A stretch of 64,000 nucleotides of DNA. It comes from an uncultured Gammaproteobacteria bacterium. GTDB taxonomy: Bacteria > Pseudomonadota > Gammaproteobacteria > Pseudomonadales > Pseudohongiellaceae. The notes under the pieces are model-generated. The model saw only the letters and a list, made by a program, of their open reading frames with translations, was not told where the DNA came from and did no database searches. Positions 1 through 8,466 of the stretch are shown piece after piece. The position numbers and the translations under genes are program-made. Location: contig CAJWVZ010000005.1 of NCBI GenBank assembly GCA_913048385.1, forward strand, positions 54,268 to 118,267, written 5' to 3'. Numbering within the stretch: the stretch's first letter is position 1; each line of letters starts with the position of its first letter.

Positions 1-1
1 A

Positions 2-130
2 ATGGATGCAGCAGAGTCAAAAAACGAAGAGGCCTTTTTTGAAGCAGGTGGCCAAATCTATAGTGTCTGCACTGCTTGCCACCAAGCTTATAATCCGGAC
101 ATCGTAAATCGTTTCGATTCGGCAGACTAA
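2..130 (+). CDS. 3' end of a c-type cytochrome (class II / cytochrome c'-like, haem site near the C-terminus); 5' end lies outside the window
   Basis: Frame 2 reads MDAAESKNEEAFFEAGGQIYSVCTACHQAYNPDIVNRFDSAD*. It has a CxxCH haem-binding motif (CTACH) about 15 aa from the stop, as in class II cytochromes c. Confidence 0.45.
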   Translation: MDAAESKNEEAFFEAGGQIYSVCTACHQAYNPDIVNRFDSAD

Positions 131-134
131 AGAA

Positions 135-863
135 ATGCGATCAAAACTAGAAAGCCTACAAATCATTTGTAGCAGACCAATGTCTTCTTTTGTTTTAGCG
201 CTGCTGACTACTTTTACATCTCTCGCTGTCTATGCTCATGGGTTGGAGGGTGCAGACGCCGCTTTTGTGCAGGCTATAGATGGACCAGCGGTTGGTCCCT
301 TTATCTATCTTGGTGCAAAACATATGGTCACTGGATACGACCACCTACTGTTCCTTTTTGGGGTAATTTTTTTTCTCTACAAGCCGAGACACATTTTTAA
401 ATATGTTTCTCTTTTTGCTGTCGGACACAGCTTGACTCTTTTGTTCGGCGTCCTTGCCGATCTCACAGTAAATGCTTACTTAATAGATGCAATTATTGGC
501 TTTTCAATCGCATACAAAGCGTTTGAAAATATAGATGGATTTAAGAGCGTTTTCTACTTCAACCCACGAGCGGATGTCGCTGTTTTTGTGTTCGGGTTAT
601 TTCACGGCCTCGGTCTAGCGACAAAGCTGCAGGAATTTAACCTATCTGAAAACGGCATAATTACTAACATCCTAAGTTTCAATATCGGCGTTGAGTTAGG
701 GCAGCTATTTGCTCTCAGCGTTGTATTGATAGGAATTATTATTTGGCGGAGCACTGACAACTTTTCTCGAAACGCATTCGCAACTAATGTTGTAATCATG
801 ACGGCGGGTTTTTTACTCGCCGGTTATCAGCTAAGCCACTACTATTGGACTGGGGCGATCTAA
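135..863 (+). CDS. HupE/UreJ-family membrane protein (putative Ni/Co-type metal transporter)
   Basis: 242-aa ORF with a signal-like N-terminus ending AVYAHG, multiple TM segments and a TGYDHLLFLFGV motif typical of HupE/UreJ. An internal Met at 180 is an alternative start. Confidence 0.65.
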   Translation: MRSKLESLQIICSRPMSSFVLALLTTFTSLAVYAHGLEGADAAFVQAIDGPAVGPFIYLGAKHMVTGYDHLLFLFGVIFFLYKPRHIFKYVSLFAVGHSLTLLFGVLADLTVNAYLIDAIIGFSIAYKAFENIDGFKSVFYFNPRADVAVFVFGLFHGLGLATKLQEFNLSENGIITNILSFNIGVELGQLFALSVVLIGIIIWRSTDNFSRNAFATNVVIMTAGFLLAGYQLSHYYWTGAI

Positions 864-880
864 AATCCGTCTTAAGAAAC

Positions 881-1471
881 ATGTCACCAACCAGAAAGGA
901 TCTTCACGTGATTTCACAAGAAACTAAAACTCCGGATTCAAAAAAGATCATTATTGCTACTTCGGGAGCACTAGTAATTGCCACATTTATTACTTTTGCC
1001 TTTATCCTTCCCGCTGAGCTTGGAAAGGACCCTCTCGGCTCTGGTCGACTGCTTGGCCTTACAGCATTATCAAACCCTCTCAACCCTTTTGAAGCGCAGC
1101 CCGAGGGATGGCGCAATGACCGCGTTGAGTTTGTTCTAGAGCCTTTCCAATCCGTAGAATACAAATACCACCTCGACCTTGATGCCCCAATGGTATTTAA
1201 CTGGCAAACTGACGGTGAGGTTTATTATGACATGCATGCCGAGCCAGCCGGCCTTGGAGAGGAGTATGTTCAAAGTTTCGAGCAGGGCAACGGGCTGACG
1301 ATGAATGGCGCGTTTCATGCGCCTTTTTCCGGAATTCATGGATGGTTTTGGGAAAATCGAGGTCTTACAACTGTCACAGTCAAACTGAATGCGTCTGGTT
1401 TTTTCTTCGCCTCAACTGTATTTCGAGACGGAGGTGATTTTGAGCGCCAAATATCTCCAAACGCTCGTTAA
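881..1471 (+). CDS. hypothetical membrane-anchored protein
   Basis: The track ORF 845..1471 begins with TTG and overlaps the upstream gene. ATG at 881 gives MSPTRKDL... with one TM helix (IIIATSGALVIATFITFAFIL) and a soluble C-terminal domain. No family recognised. Confidence 0.45.
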   Translation: MSPTRKDLHVISQETKTPDSKKIIIATSGALVIATFITFAFILPAELGKDPLGSGRLLGLTALSNPLNPFEAQPEGWRNDRVEFVLEPFQSVEYKYHLDLDAPMVFNWQTDGEVYYDMHAEPAGLGEEYVQSFEQGNGLTMNGAFHAPFSGIHGWFWENRGLTTVTVKLNASGFFFASTVFRDGGDFERQISPNAR

Positions 1472-1497
1472 ATACTATGATTGAATTTCTTTTATGC

Positions 1498-1528
1498 AAA
1501 AAAAACCGCCTTTCGGCGGATCTTTTTT
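1498..1528. terminator. bidirectional rho-independent terminator between convergent genes
   Basis: aaaaaaaa-CCGCC-tttc-GGCGG-atc-tttttt: a GC stem flanked by an A-run and a T-run, between the stops of the 881..1471 (+) and 1527..1982 (-) genes. Confidence 0.6.
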
Positions 1529-1982
1529 AACGACCCGGTTCGGTCGCATCTGAACCATCTCTTGGAGCTCCGGTTCCCGACGAACCCATGAATAACTTTC
1601 TTCCATCGGGAAAGGTAATGTCTCTTCCGTTAGCTCGACAAGTCGGCTCACAAAGCCGATCCTTAGACTGGTAGCCAGTTACGACGATATCCGTTCCCAA
1701 GACCAGCGTGTTACGATTTATCCCACGTCGCAATAACGTGTTAGGAGTTCCACCCTCGACCATCCACAACCCAGGATCACGAGTCGCCTCAGCATCAGTA
1801 TTATCAAGGTGTATCCATGTGTGGGGGTTTATCCACTCCACTCGAGTGATTGGACCACCGAGACGAACCGGCAGATTCGCGTCAAATTCCGCTGAAAAGG
1901 CGTGATGGGCAACGGCGGGAGTCTTTAAAGCAGCCACTCCAGCAGCGGTGACCATGGCAAGTCCCAATAGTTTGAAATTCAT
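1527..1982 (-). CDS. secreted DUF6152-like protein
   Basis: Signal peptide ending AVAHH, then HAFSAEFD...ITRVEWINPHTWIHLD...WMVEGGTPNTLLRRG. This pattern matches my memory of DUF6152. Confidence 0.5.
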   Translation of the reverse strand: MNFKLLGLAMVTAAGVAALKTPAVAHHAFSAEFDANLPVRLGGPITRVEWINPHTWIHLDNTDAEATRDPGLWMVEGGTPNTLLRRGINRNTLVLGTDIVVTGYQSKDRLCEPTCRANGRDITFPDGRKLFMGSSGTGAPRDGSDATEPGR

Positions 1983-2133
1983 ATCGTATCCCCGTAATGT
2001 AGTTTTTGTTTAGTACGCTTTAAACACTATTTATAGTTTAAAGCACAAAGGGTAATCTATCAACTTTAGACGATTCAACATACTGACATGTCAGTGACTT
2101 GGCTCCCAACACCTCGTTTATTTAAAAAATTGA

Positions 2134-3018
2134 TCAGAAACCTAATTCACTCTCACGCCCTTTTCTATATTTCCCATACATCAACTCCTCCACAAATTCT
2201 ACGCACTTGAATTGAGGTAGCTCATATCCCACCTCCAGGCGCCGGTAGATCGGCATTCTTATGGTCCATGGCTCCTCGAAGACCTCAGGATCCTCCATAG
2301 TCGCTTCGTACTCAATAACGTTTTCACTTACCAGGGTATATCGTTCAGTGACTTTAAGTTGATAACTATGATGGTTGCCGGCTCGATCAAACCAGGTCCG
2401 ATCATCCAATCCTGTAACCTCTACAACCCAAGTGTCGCCATCCCAATAGCCAAATGATTGGCCCATCCATGAATCAAGCGGCGCCGGACCTGGATCTTCC
2501 AAAAATACATTTCGTACTGAGCCCGCGAAGGAATATGCGATGAAAAAAGCACTTTCACTTTGAAATATTTGAAAAGGGTGTGGCATGTAAGTCGCGCGGG
2601 GAACTCCAGGCATGTAGCACTTGATCTCAGGATCATTCTCGAGCCAATTCGCAGCATTCTCATCACGTCGAGCTAATGCTTCTGGTTTGTAAGGTATCCG
2701 CCCCCCGTCAACCACACCATAACTAGCAGGAACCGCGCCCGCGGCGCCCATCGCAACGACTGCTGGAGACGGAACTGGAACGAAATCTCCGGGAACTAAT
2801 TGATAGGCGGCCTTTGGCGCAGCGGCCTCTAGATTATCATTGGCGTTCATCAAAACCTGCCAAATACCATTGAAATCAGGCTTTCCATTCGGAGAGCGCG
2901 GAATCTCGCTATTCGACGCTGACTGTCCTCCACCCGTCGTCATGCTGTTGGATGAATCAGTAGGAGAGCAACTTATGCAAAATGCGGCAAGTGCTGGCAG
3001 TAACCAATAAAGTCTCAT
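2134..3018 (-). CDS. hypothetical secreted protein or lipoprotein
   Basis: 294-aa ORF with a signal peptide (MRLYWLLPALAAFCISCSP). Same strand as the DUF6152-like gene and upstream of it. No family recognised. Confidence 0.5.
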   Translation of the reverse strand: MRLYWLLPALAAFCISCSPTDSSNSMTTGGGQSASNSEIPRSPNGKPDFNGIWQVLMNANDNLEAAAPKAAYQLVPGDFVPVPSPAVVAMGAAGAVPASYGVVDGGRIPYKPEALARRDENAANWLENDPEIKCYMPGVPRATYMPHPFQIFQSESAFFIAYSFAGSVRNVFLEDPGPAPLDSWMGQSFGYWDGDTWVVEVTGLDDRTWFDRAGNHHSYQLKVTERYTLVSENVIEYEATMEDPEVFEEPWTIRMPIYRRLEVGYELPQFKCVEFVEELMYGKYRKGRESELGF

Positions 3019-3169
3019 AATTCCGTCCCTTGATTTTAGTATTGAAATTGCAGGCCCATTCTAACTGGGCACTCAGGCGATGAAACCACCTGACCTGAAA
3101 TGTGTCAAGTGATCGAAAAGCTTTACAAAAGAAACAAAAGCTCGGTTACCCAATGTGTCTAACAAATTA

Positions 3170-4363
3170 TTAAGATCTTGCTTGGAAGGTGTTGAATAGA
3201 CTTCGGAGCCACCTTCTTAACGGAACCTCTACGTAGAGGTAAATAAGGGTGCAAACAACCAACAAAATAAAGGCAAGCAAGGCGCTATGCAACATAACGG
3301 GCAGAGATTGCGGTAAAAAATCAAAAAATTGGAGCATCTCCATCAATGGCCAGTGGAAACAATAAAGCACGTAACTAACTCCGCCAAGAAAAAAACAAAA
3401 GCGGTGCTGTCGATTATTGGGTTCCCAATCGAGGCGGCTCATTACATACACAATCAATGTTACCGCCGGTACAGATAGGTAAAATGAACCGTACTGATAA
3501 GGAAGGTAATTTTGTGCTAGATACACAGTTCCCAAGTAAAGCGCGACTGCTGGCAATAACCAAAGGGGATGGAAACGTCCAAAAAGTTCTGGTGGGCGAA
3601 TTAAATGAGCGCGGTATAACAGCATTCCCAAAATAAATTCACTACCACGTACAATAGGATTCGTATAAACCGGAATATTTAATTCTGCCAACCCCAGATT
3701 TTCACCAGGAGGCAACCAGCTTTGGATGAGGCCGAACTGGAGTAAATATAGCGAAAGCATAAGGAATAAGATCCTCGGAAGTGTATTAACTCGGCGCAGT
3801 GCAATCAACCAAAAAGGAAAAGTTACATAAAAATACATCTCTAACACTAACGACCAAAGCGGGCCATTGAACACAAGATTTAACGACTGAATCTCTGAGA
3901 GGGACTGCGTAAATGTGGCATGGGCAACCGTTGCCCTAACCCAAAACTGTAGACCAAGATCTTCAGGCAAATCAAAACGCAACTGCAACGGCCGATGCAC
4001 TTCCTCCCAAAACTGATCGGCCAAGCTGAGATATCCAATCGAAACAAAAGCTGCAGAAACAAATACTGCTAGGAGATATGCAGGAAAGATTCGAATGATA
4101 CGGTGACTATAAAAACGGCGATAACCTGCATGGCCAACAATTTCTGGATAGTTATATGACAGAATAAATCCGCTTAAAACAAAGAACCATGACAAAAAAG
4201 TGGTTCCCAGCGTGCCATAGACGATAGGATTTCCAAAAATTGTTTCATAATGAACAAAGACGACGATCACAGCGCCAACAAAACGACCAACGTCTAGAAT
4301 CGGAATCTTGTCTTTATCCACTGTGGTGCTCAAGTTACGACGCTTCCTTTCGCAGCAAAACAA
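3170..4363 (-). CDS. acyltransferase family 3 (OafA-like) integral membrane protein
   Basis: 397 aa, about 10 TM segments, N-terminal DVGRFVGAVIVVFVHY-type motif and overall hydrophobic architecture typical of Acyl_transf_3. Confidence 0.65.
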   Translation of the reverse strand: MFCCERKRRNLSTTVDKDKIPILDVGRFVGAVIVVFVHYETIFGNPIVYGTLGTTFLSWFFVLSGFILSYNYPEIVGHAGYRRFYSHRIIRIFPAYLLAVFVSAAFVSIGYLSLADQFWEEVHRPLQLRFDLPEDLGLQFWVRATVAHATFTQSLSEIQSLNLVFNGPLWSLVLEMYFYVTFPFWLIALRRVNTLPRILFLMLSLYLLQFGLIQSWLPPGENLGLAELNIPVYTNPIVRGSEFILGMLLYRAHLIRPPELFGRFHPLWLLPAVALYLGTVYLAQNYLPYQYGSFYLSVPAVTLIVYVMSRLDWEPNNRQHRFCFFLGGVSYVLYCFHWPLMEMLQFFDFLPQSLPVMLHSALLAFILLVVCTLIYLYVEVPLRRWLRSLFNTFQARS

Positions 4364-4416
4364 TGACGCCCTATGCCTCAGCGAGACATAAACCTCTTTA
4401 AACCCAAAGTTATGAA

Positions 4417-5589
4417 CTAACTTTCGAGATAGGCGATTTCATAGGTAACCCCATCTGCACTAGTTCCGCCGGAACCGCGTTGAGAGCTAAAATATAACCG
4501 CTCAAATGAAGGATCAAAAGCGGGTCCTGTAATCTCGGAGCGATCATGCCCCACAACTTGTAAAATCGGCATAACTCTCTCATCAGAAGTCAGTGCAATT
4601 AATTGCATGTGCCCACCATCCTCCGCCACCAATACATCGCCGGTCGGCGTAATGGCGAGATTATCAACACCAGACAGAATCGGGCTGGCGCTTGTTGCTA
4701 AATCGTATGCCAAAGAAAGCTGATGTGATTCTATGTTATAAGCCCAAACACGATTGTCTCGTTTCGTGCTAAAAAAAACCGTCCTTTCATGTATCACAAC
4801 ACCCTCTCCGCCCCGAAAAGGACTATAGCTCTGCACCTGCTTTCGGGTTGATGTCGATTTCGCTAGAGGATCTGGCACCTCGTGCCAAATCACTATACTC
4901 TCCCCACCATCCTCCCTTACCTCGGCAATTTCTAATCTACCGCTGCTGATGTCTGGAAGCCCACTGCTGGGGACAAATCTATAAAAGCCACCATCAGGGC
5001 GGTCTTCCGTAAGGAACAAGTAACCCGTGGCCTCATCTACGGCAACAGCCTCATGCGAAAATACGCCCAAAGCTGGCCTAGCGACAGCAGGATCTCGGCC
5101 TGTCGGATCACATTCATAAACCTGCCCGGTCCTTGTTTCTTCGCACGAAAGCCATGTGCCCCATGGTGTTGTTCCCCCAGCGCAGTTCCATGTCGTATTC
5201 TCGAGAATCGGATAGCTATCGATAAGCGCCCCAGAAGAATTAAAACGAAGGGCACCTACCCCGCCTCTTCCGGAAATTTCGCTATTGGAAACATATATCC
5301 AACCCCCATCAGATTGCGCGAAGACACCCCCTCCGTCCGGTGCACCATGCCAAACCTGTGCTCCATCCACGGGCGAGGTGCCACTACGAGCGACTATTCG
5401 AGAACGAAACCCAGGCGGCAAACAAATACCATTTGCGTCGGGAGGTAGTAACGTACCAACGTCTCCGAGTGCAGAAAATCTTCCTACTCCCTCCGAGCCA
5501 ATCGCCCGGATTCCACCAGAAAGAAACGCAGAAAAACCTATTCCTGCCATTTTCAGAAATTCTCGTCGATTTACTAAGCTAGATTTCAT
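4417..5589 (-). CDS. Tat-exported PhoX-like / DUF839 beta-propeller protein (possible phosphatase)
   Basis: Twin-arginine signal NRREFLKMAG. NCAGGTTPWGTWLSCEE motif characteristic of PhoX/DUF839. Confidence 0.65.
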   Translation of the reverse strand: MKSSLVNRREFLKMAGIGFSAFLSGGIRAIGSEGVGRFSALGDVGTLLPPDANGICLPPGFRSRIVARSGTSPVDGAQVWHGAPDGGGVFAQSDGGWIYVSNSEISGRGGVGALRFNSSGALIDSYPILENTTWNCAGGTTPWGTWLSCEETRTGQVYECDPTGRDPAVARPALGVFSHEAVAVDEATGYLFLTEDRPDGGFYRFVPSSGLPDISSGRLEIAEVREDGGESIVIWHEVPDPLAKSTSTRKQVQSYSPFRGGEGVVIHERTVFFSTKRDNRVWAYNIESHQLSLAYDLATSASPILSGVDNLAITPTGDVLVAEDGGHMQLIALTSDERVMPILQVVGHDRSEITGPAFDPSFERLYFSSQRGSGGTSADGVTYEIAYLES

Positions 5590-5773
5590 AATCTTTCCCT
5601 ATCCGAAAAGCCAAATACTTGTTCTTTATAAGTCAAATCCTCATGAAGCTTATGATTATTGGTTCTTAAACAATATAGTCTCGCCAAAAAAGATTATTCA
5701 AACGCAGGTTTTCAAGCCCAATTCCGTATGATTGAGTGAATTGTAGTTAACTTCAATAATCTTGGAGGAAGTC

Positions 5774-6361
5774 ATGACTAAAATATCGAATCATTCTCTC
5801 TTAAGTTTAAAATCTTTGACTGTTTTCTTTTTATTGGCGCTTGCAACGATACCCTCTAGCGCTCATCAAAGCAGTACCCTCGAAAAAACGCAAACAAAAG
5901 AATTATCAACCGTCGTTATGATCACAGAGCTTGATCAGAACGGCGATGGCGTCCTTAACTACCCTGAATTCTCCGCAAAGGCTCCGAAACGATTTTCGTT
6001 GCAAGATACAGATGGCGACGGAGGCCTCACACTGGAGGAATTTTATCAACATCGCTATAATTTACGAGAGAAAAGAAAGAAAAAGATCACTCAGCAGAGA
6101 TCAAATCCGAGAATGACAGGCACCCACCAAGACAAATTGCCCCGAAACCGAACAAAGATGCTATTTTCGCAATTCTCATTAATAGATATCGACAACGATG
6201 GTCAACTGAGCGCGGATGAAATACATGAAAGTCAATTCCTCCGCCTCGACACGAACAAAAACGGGGTGTTAGACGTGTCGGAACTGTCTATGGAGAAAAA
6301 AAGAAGACTGAAAAGGAAAAAACGTCACGAGAATAGCAAAAAAAATAGAAATGCCTTTTAA
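5774..6361 (+). CDS. secreted EF-hand calcium-binding protein (four EF loops, very basic linker and tail)
   Basis: GGAGG sits 5 nt before ATG 5774. Signal peptide present. EF loops are DQNGDGVLNYPEF, DTDGDGGLTLEEF, DIDNDGQLSADEI and DTNKNGVLDVSEL. C-terminal tail is KKRRLKRKKRHENSKKNRNAF. Confidence 0.8.
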   Translation: MTKISNHSLLSLKSLTVFFLLALATIPSSAHQSSTLEKTQTKELSTVVMITELDQNGDGVLNYPEFSAKAPKRFSLQDTDGDGGLTLEEFYQHRYNLREKRKKKITQQRSNPRMTGTHQDKLPRNRTKMLFSQFSLIDIDNDGQLSADEIHESQFLRLDTNKNGVLDVSELSMEKKRRLKRKKRHENSKKNRNAF

Positions 6362-6391
6362 TCGCAGCAATTCCCTCTACCTACTAAGAAA

Positions 6392-7000
6392 ATGTTAATG
6401 ATAAGTGATGAGAAACTTATGAAGCGCGTTTGCGAAGGTGACGAAAGTGCGTACCGTCTTCTGGTTTCTCGCCACATCGATTCAATCGCCCGTTACACGA
6501 TGAGACTTCTGAACGGTCGACAAGATTATGAGGATATCTCGCAAGAAGTTTTTCTCAAGCTATGGCTAAAAGCAAAAACATGGAACTCAAGCTCGGCAAA
6601 ACTGAGTACCTGGCTTCATAGAATTGCTTTTAATTTGTGCATGGATTACTTCAGGCGCCCAAGTCAAAGGGCATTACATTCTGAGTTAAAAGAATCTGAC
6701 ATTGACTCAGCTCAAGCTTCAGATGAGATCTGTACCGACGTTGCGCAGCAGTTCAGACAGTTAAACAAACTGATTTCAGAATTGCCTGAGAGTCAGCGCA
6801 GCGCCACGGCGCTTGTCTATCAACAAGGTTTTTCTAACAAAGAGGCTGCAGAGATTATGAGCATCTCTGTAAAAGCATTGGAATCCCTCCTCAGTAGGAG
6901 CAGGAAAACCTTGCGCGTCTTGGTGTCACCAGAATCCAGCAAAACTGAAACAATCAGCTCGTTCGCAATAAAGGAAGAGTTATATGCCAAACAAAACTGA
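6392..7000 (+). CDS. ECF-type RNA polymerase sigma-70 family factor
   Basis: Region 2 (YEDISQEVFLKLW...WLHRIAFNLCMDYFRR) and region 4 (ELPESQRSATALVYQQGFSNKEAAEIMSISVKALESLLSRSRKTL) are recognisable. Confidence 0.85.
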   Translation: MLMISDEKLMKRVCEGDESAYRLLVSRHIDSIARYTMRLLNGRQDYEDISQEVFLKLWLKAKTWNSSSAKLSTWLHRIAFNLCMDYFRRPSQRALHSELKESDIDSAQASDEICTDVAQQFRQLNKLISELPESQRSATALVYQQGFSNKEAAEIMSISVKALESLLSRSRKTLRVLVSPESSKTETISSFAIKEELYAKQN

Positions 7001-7547
7001 TGGATCAAAACAAGATTTAGATATGCAACCAAAAATATCTGATGAGCAGTTTGTTTCAATACTGCGCGAACACGGAACAAATTTAGAGGCCTTACCGACA
7101 GCACTGCTCGTCGAGGCTAAGGCTTATCTTCAAAACAATAAACAAGGCGAGAACTTCATTCAAAAAATCCGATCGGAAGAAAATGAAATTGATAAGGAGA
7201 TTTATAGCCTGATTAAACAGCTTCCCTCTCATGACTTTTCGTCGTTGGAGAGCAGAGTTTTGAGCCAAACTCTTCCCAAGAGGGTTAAGGGCCTGATATG
7301 GGTTGATATTATTACTGACTGGTTTTTCAGCAGCGGGAACAAACCCAACGGGCAACTTCTTAGGCCATCGATGGCGGCCTGTTTCTCGATGGTGTTAGGA
7401 ATTGTCAGTGGCAGCCTGTACTCACTAGATGACCCTGAAGAGGAATTAATTTCTCAGAATTTGGTGGACGAGCTTTACTTGATTGGCCTAACTACTGAAA
7501 TTTTTCCCGATAATCTAAATATTAGCGAGCTGGAGTTACCAGAATGA
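6984..7547 (+). CDS. putative anti-sigma factor (single-pass membrane protein)
   Basis: Overlaps the sigma gene by 17 nt. One TM helix (AACFSMVLGIVSGSLY). Called from position only; no zf-HC2 motif seen. Confidence 0.45.
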   Translation: MPNKTDGSKQDLDMQPKISDEQFVSILREHGTNLEALPTALLVEAKAYLQNNKQGENFIQKIRSEENEIDKEIYSLIKQLPSHDFSSLESRVLSQTLPKRVKGLIWVDIITDWFFSSGNKPNGQLLRPSMAACFSMVLGIVSGSLYSLDDPEEELISQNLVDELYLIGLTTEIFPDNLNISELELPE

Positions 7548-8080
7548 AAAAACGCAGACTGAGGCTTTTTTTACTTTTTTCAATTGCACTAAATTTCTTC
7601 TTTATCGGTGGCCTCCCCTTCATTGCAAAGAAAAAATTTGAAGAACGACAATTAAGACCGTTCCCTACAAACGTAGCATTGGTTGTTCAAGGACTTGATC
7701 CAAAAGATCTCCCAGCGTTTTTAGAGAGACACTCCGCAAAAATTTCTGAGCAACAGCCCATTGGAAAAGCGCTGCTGAGGCGGCTGCGAGAGTCACAAGT
7801 TCTCGCGTACGAACTCATCGCCGCCGAACCCTTCGATCGGCGAGCGCTCGTTGAGACTTTTTCTGTTATCCGCGACACCAACTTAGCTTATCAAAAAGTG
7901 TCGCATGACCTAGTAGCCGAACTCCTTGAAGAAATAGAGCCCGAAAACCGAAAGACAGTTTCGCAATATCTCACGAAAGTACTCAATCCTAGGACAGGAA
8001 AGCCAAAACGAGACGTTCAATATCGCGTTACTGAGGATTCGACGCTCCGGCCACCAAGACCACTTCAGGCCCCCAACTAA
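7544..8080 (+). CDS. membrane-anchored periplasmic helical protein (heavy-metal-sensor / CpxP-Spy-like)
   Basis: ATGA start/stop overlap with the upstream gene. N-terminal TM helix and a helical, charged periplasmic part resembling the periplasmic heavy metal sensor family often found with ECF sigma factors. Confidence 0.4.
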   Translation: MKKRRLRLFLLFSIALNFFFIGGLPFIAKKKFEERQLRPFPTNVALVVQGLDPKDLPAFLERHSAKISEQQPIGKALLRRLRESQVLAYELIAAEPFDRRALVETFSVIRDTNLAYQKVSHDLVAELLEEIEPENRKTVSQYLTKVLNPRTGKPKRDVQYRVTEDSTLRPPRPLQAPN

Positions 8081-8103
8081 ATGCAATTAAATAGGAACTA
8101 AAA

Positions 8104-8343
8104 ATGATCTCTAAAAATGAGGATTCCCAACACGAATTCCAACTCGGCCAATACCGCCATTTTAAGGGAAACTTATACGATGTGATTGGGAAAGTACGAC
8201 ACAGCGAGACCCAAGAACAGATGGTGCTCTATCGTGCTCTCTACGGGGAGGGTGGATTATGGGTCAGACCATTTCAAATGTTTTTTGATACCATCGAGCG
8301 AGAGGGGCAGGAGTTAAAGCGCTTTGAATATGTGAGCGCGTAG
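8104..8343 (+). CDS. DUF1653 domain protein
   Basis: YRHFKGNLYDVIGKVRHSETQEQMVLYRALYGEGGLWVRPFQMF matches the DUF1653 pattern. Confidence 0.65.
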   Translation: MISKNEDSQHEFQLGQYRHFKGNLYDVIGKVRHSETQEQMVLYRALYGEGGLWVRPFQMFFDTIEREGQELKRFEYVSA

Positions 8344-8466
8344 AAAAATCAGTCACGTCCTCATTATGACCGAGCTAACTCAGCAAGCTTTATTCTTTAA
8401 ATATTTTTTTGATATACTCCTCCGTCTTGCGCTGGTGCAATCACCCCTCATGGAAGTTCGAACCTA

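Noticed and set aside
5053-5731. Three + strand ORFs (131, 148 and 80 aa) opposite the PhoX-like gene
   Set aside because: They are antisense to a gene with a Tat signal and the NCAGGTTPWGTW motif. Their composition is Pro/Arg/Ser-rich noise.
8440-8466. GGAAGTTCGAACC, reminiscent of a tRNA T-arm and T-loop
   Set aside because: There is no complementary T-stem 3' strand, no acceptor stem, and no D or anticodon arm in the flanks. It directly abuts the start codon of the cyclophilin gene.
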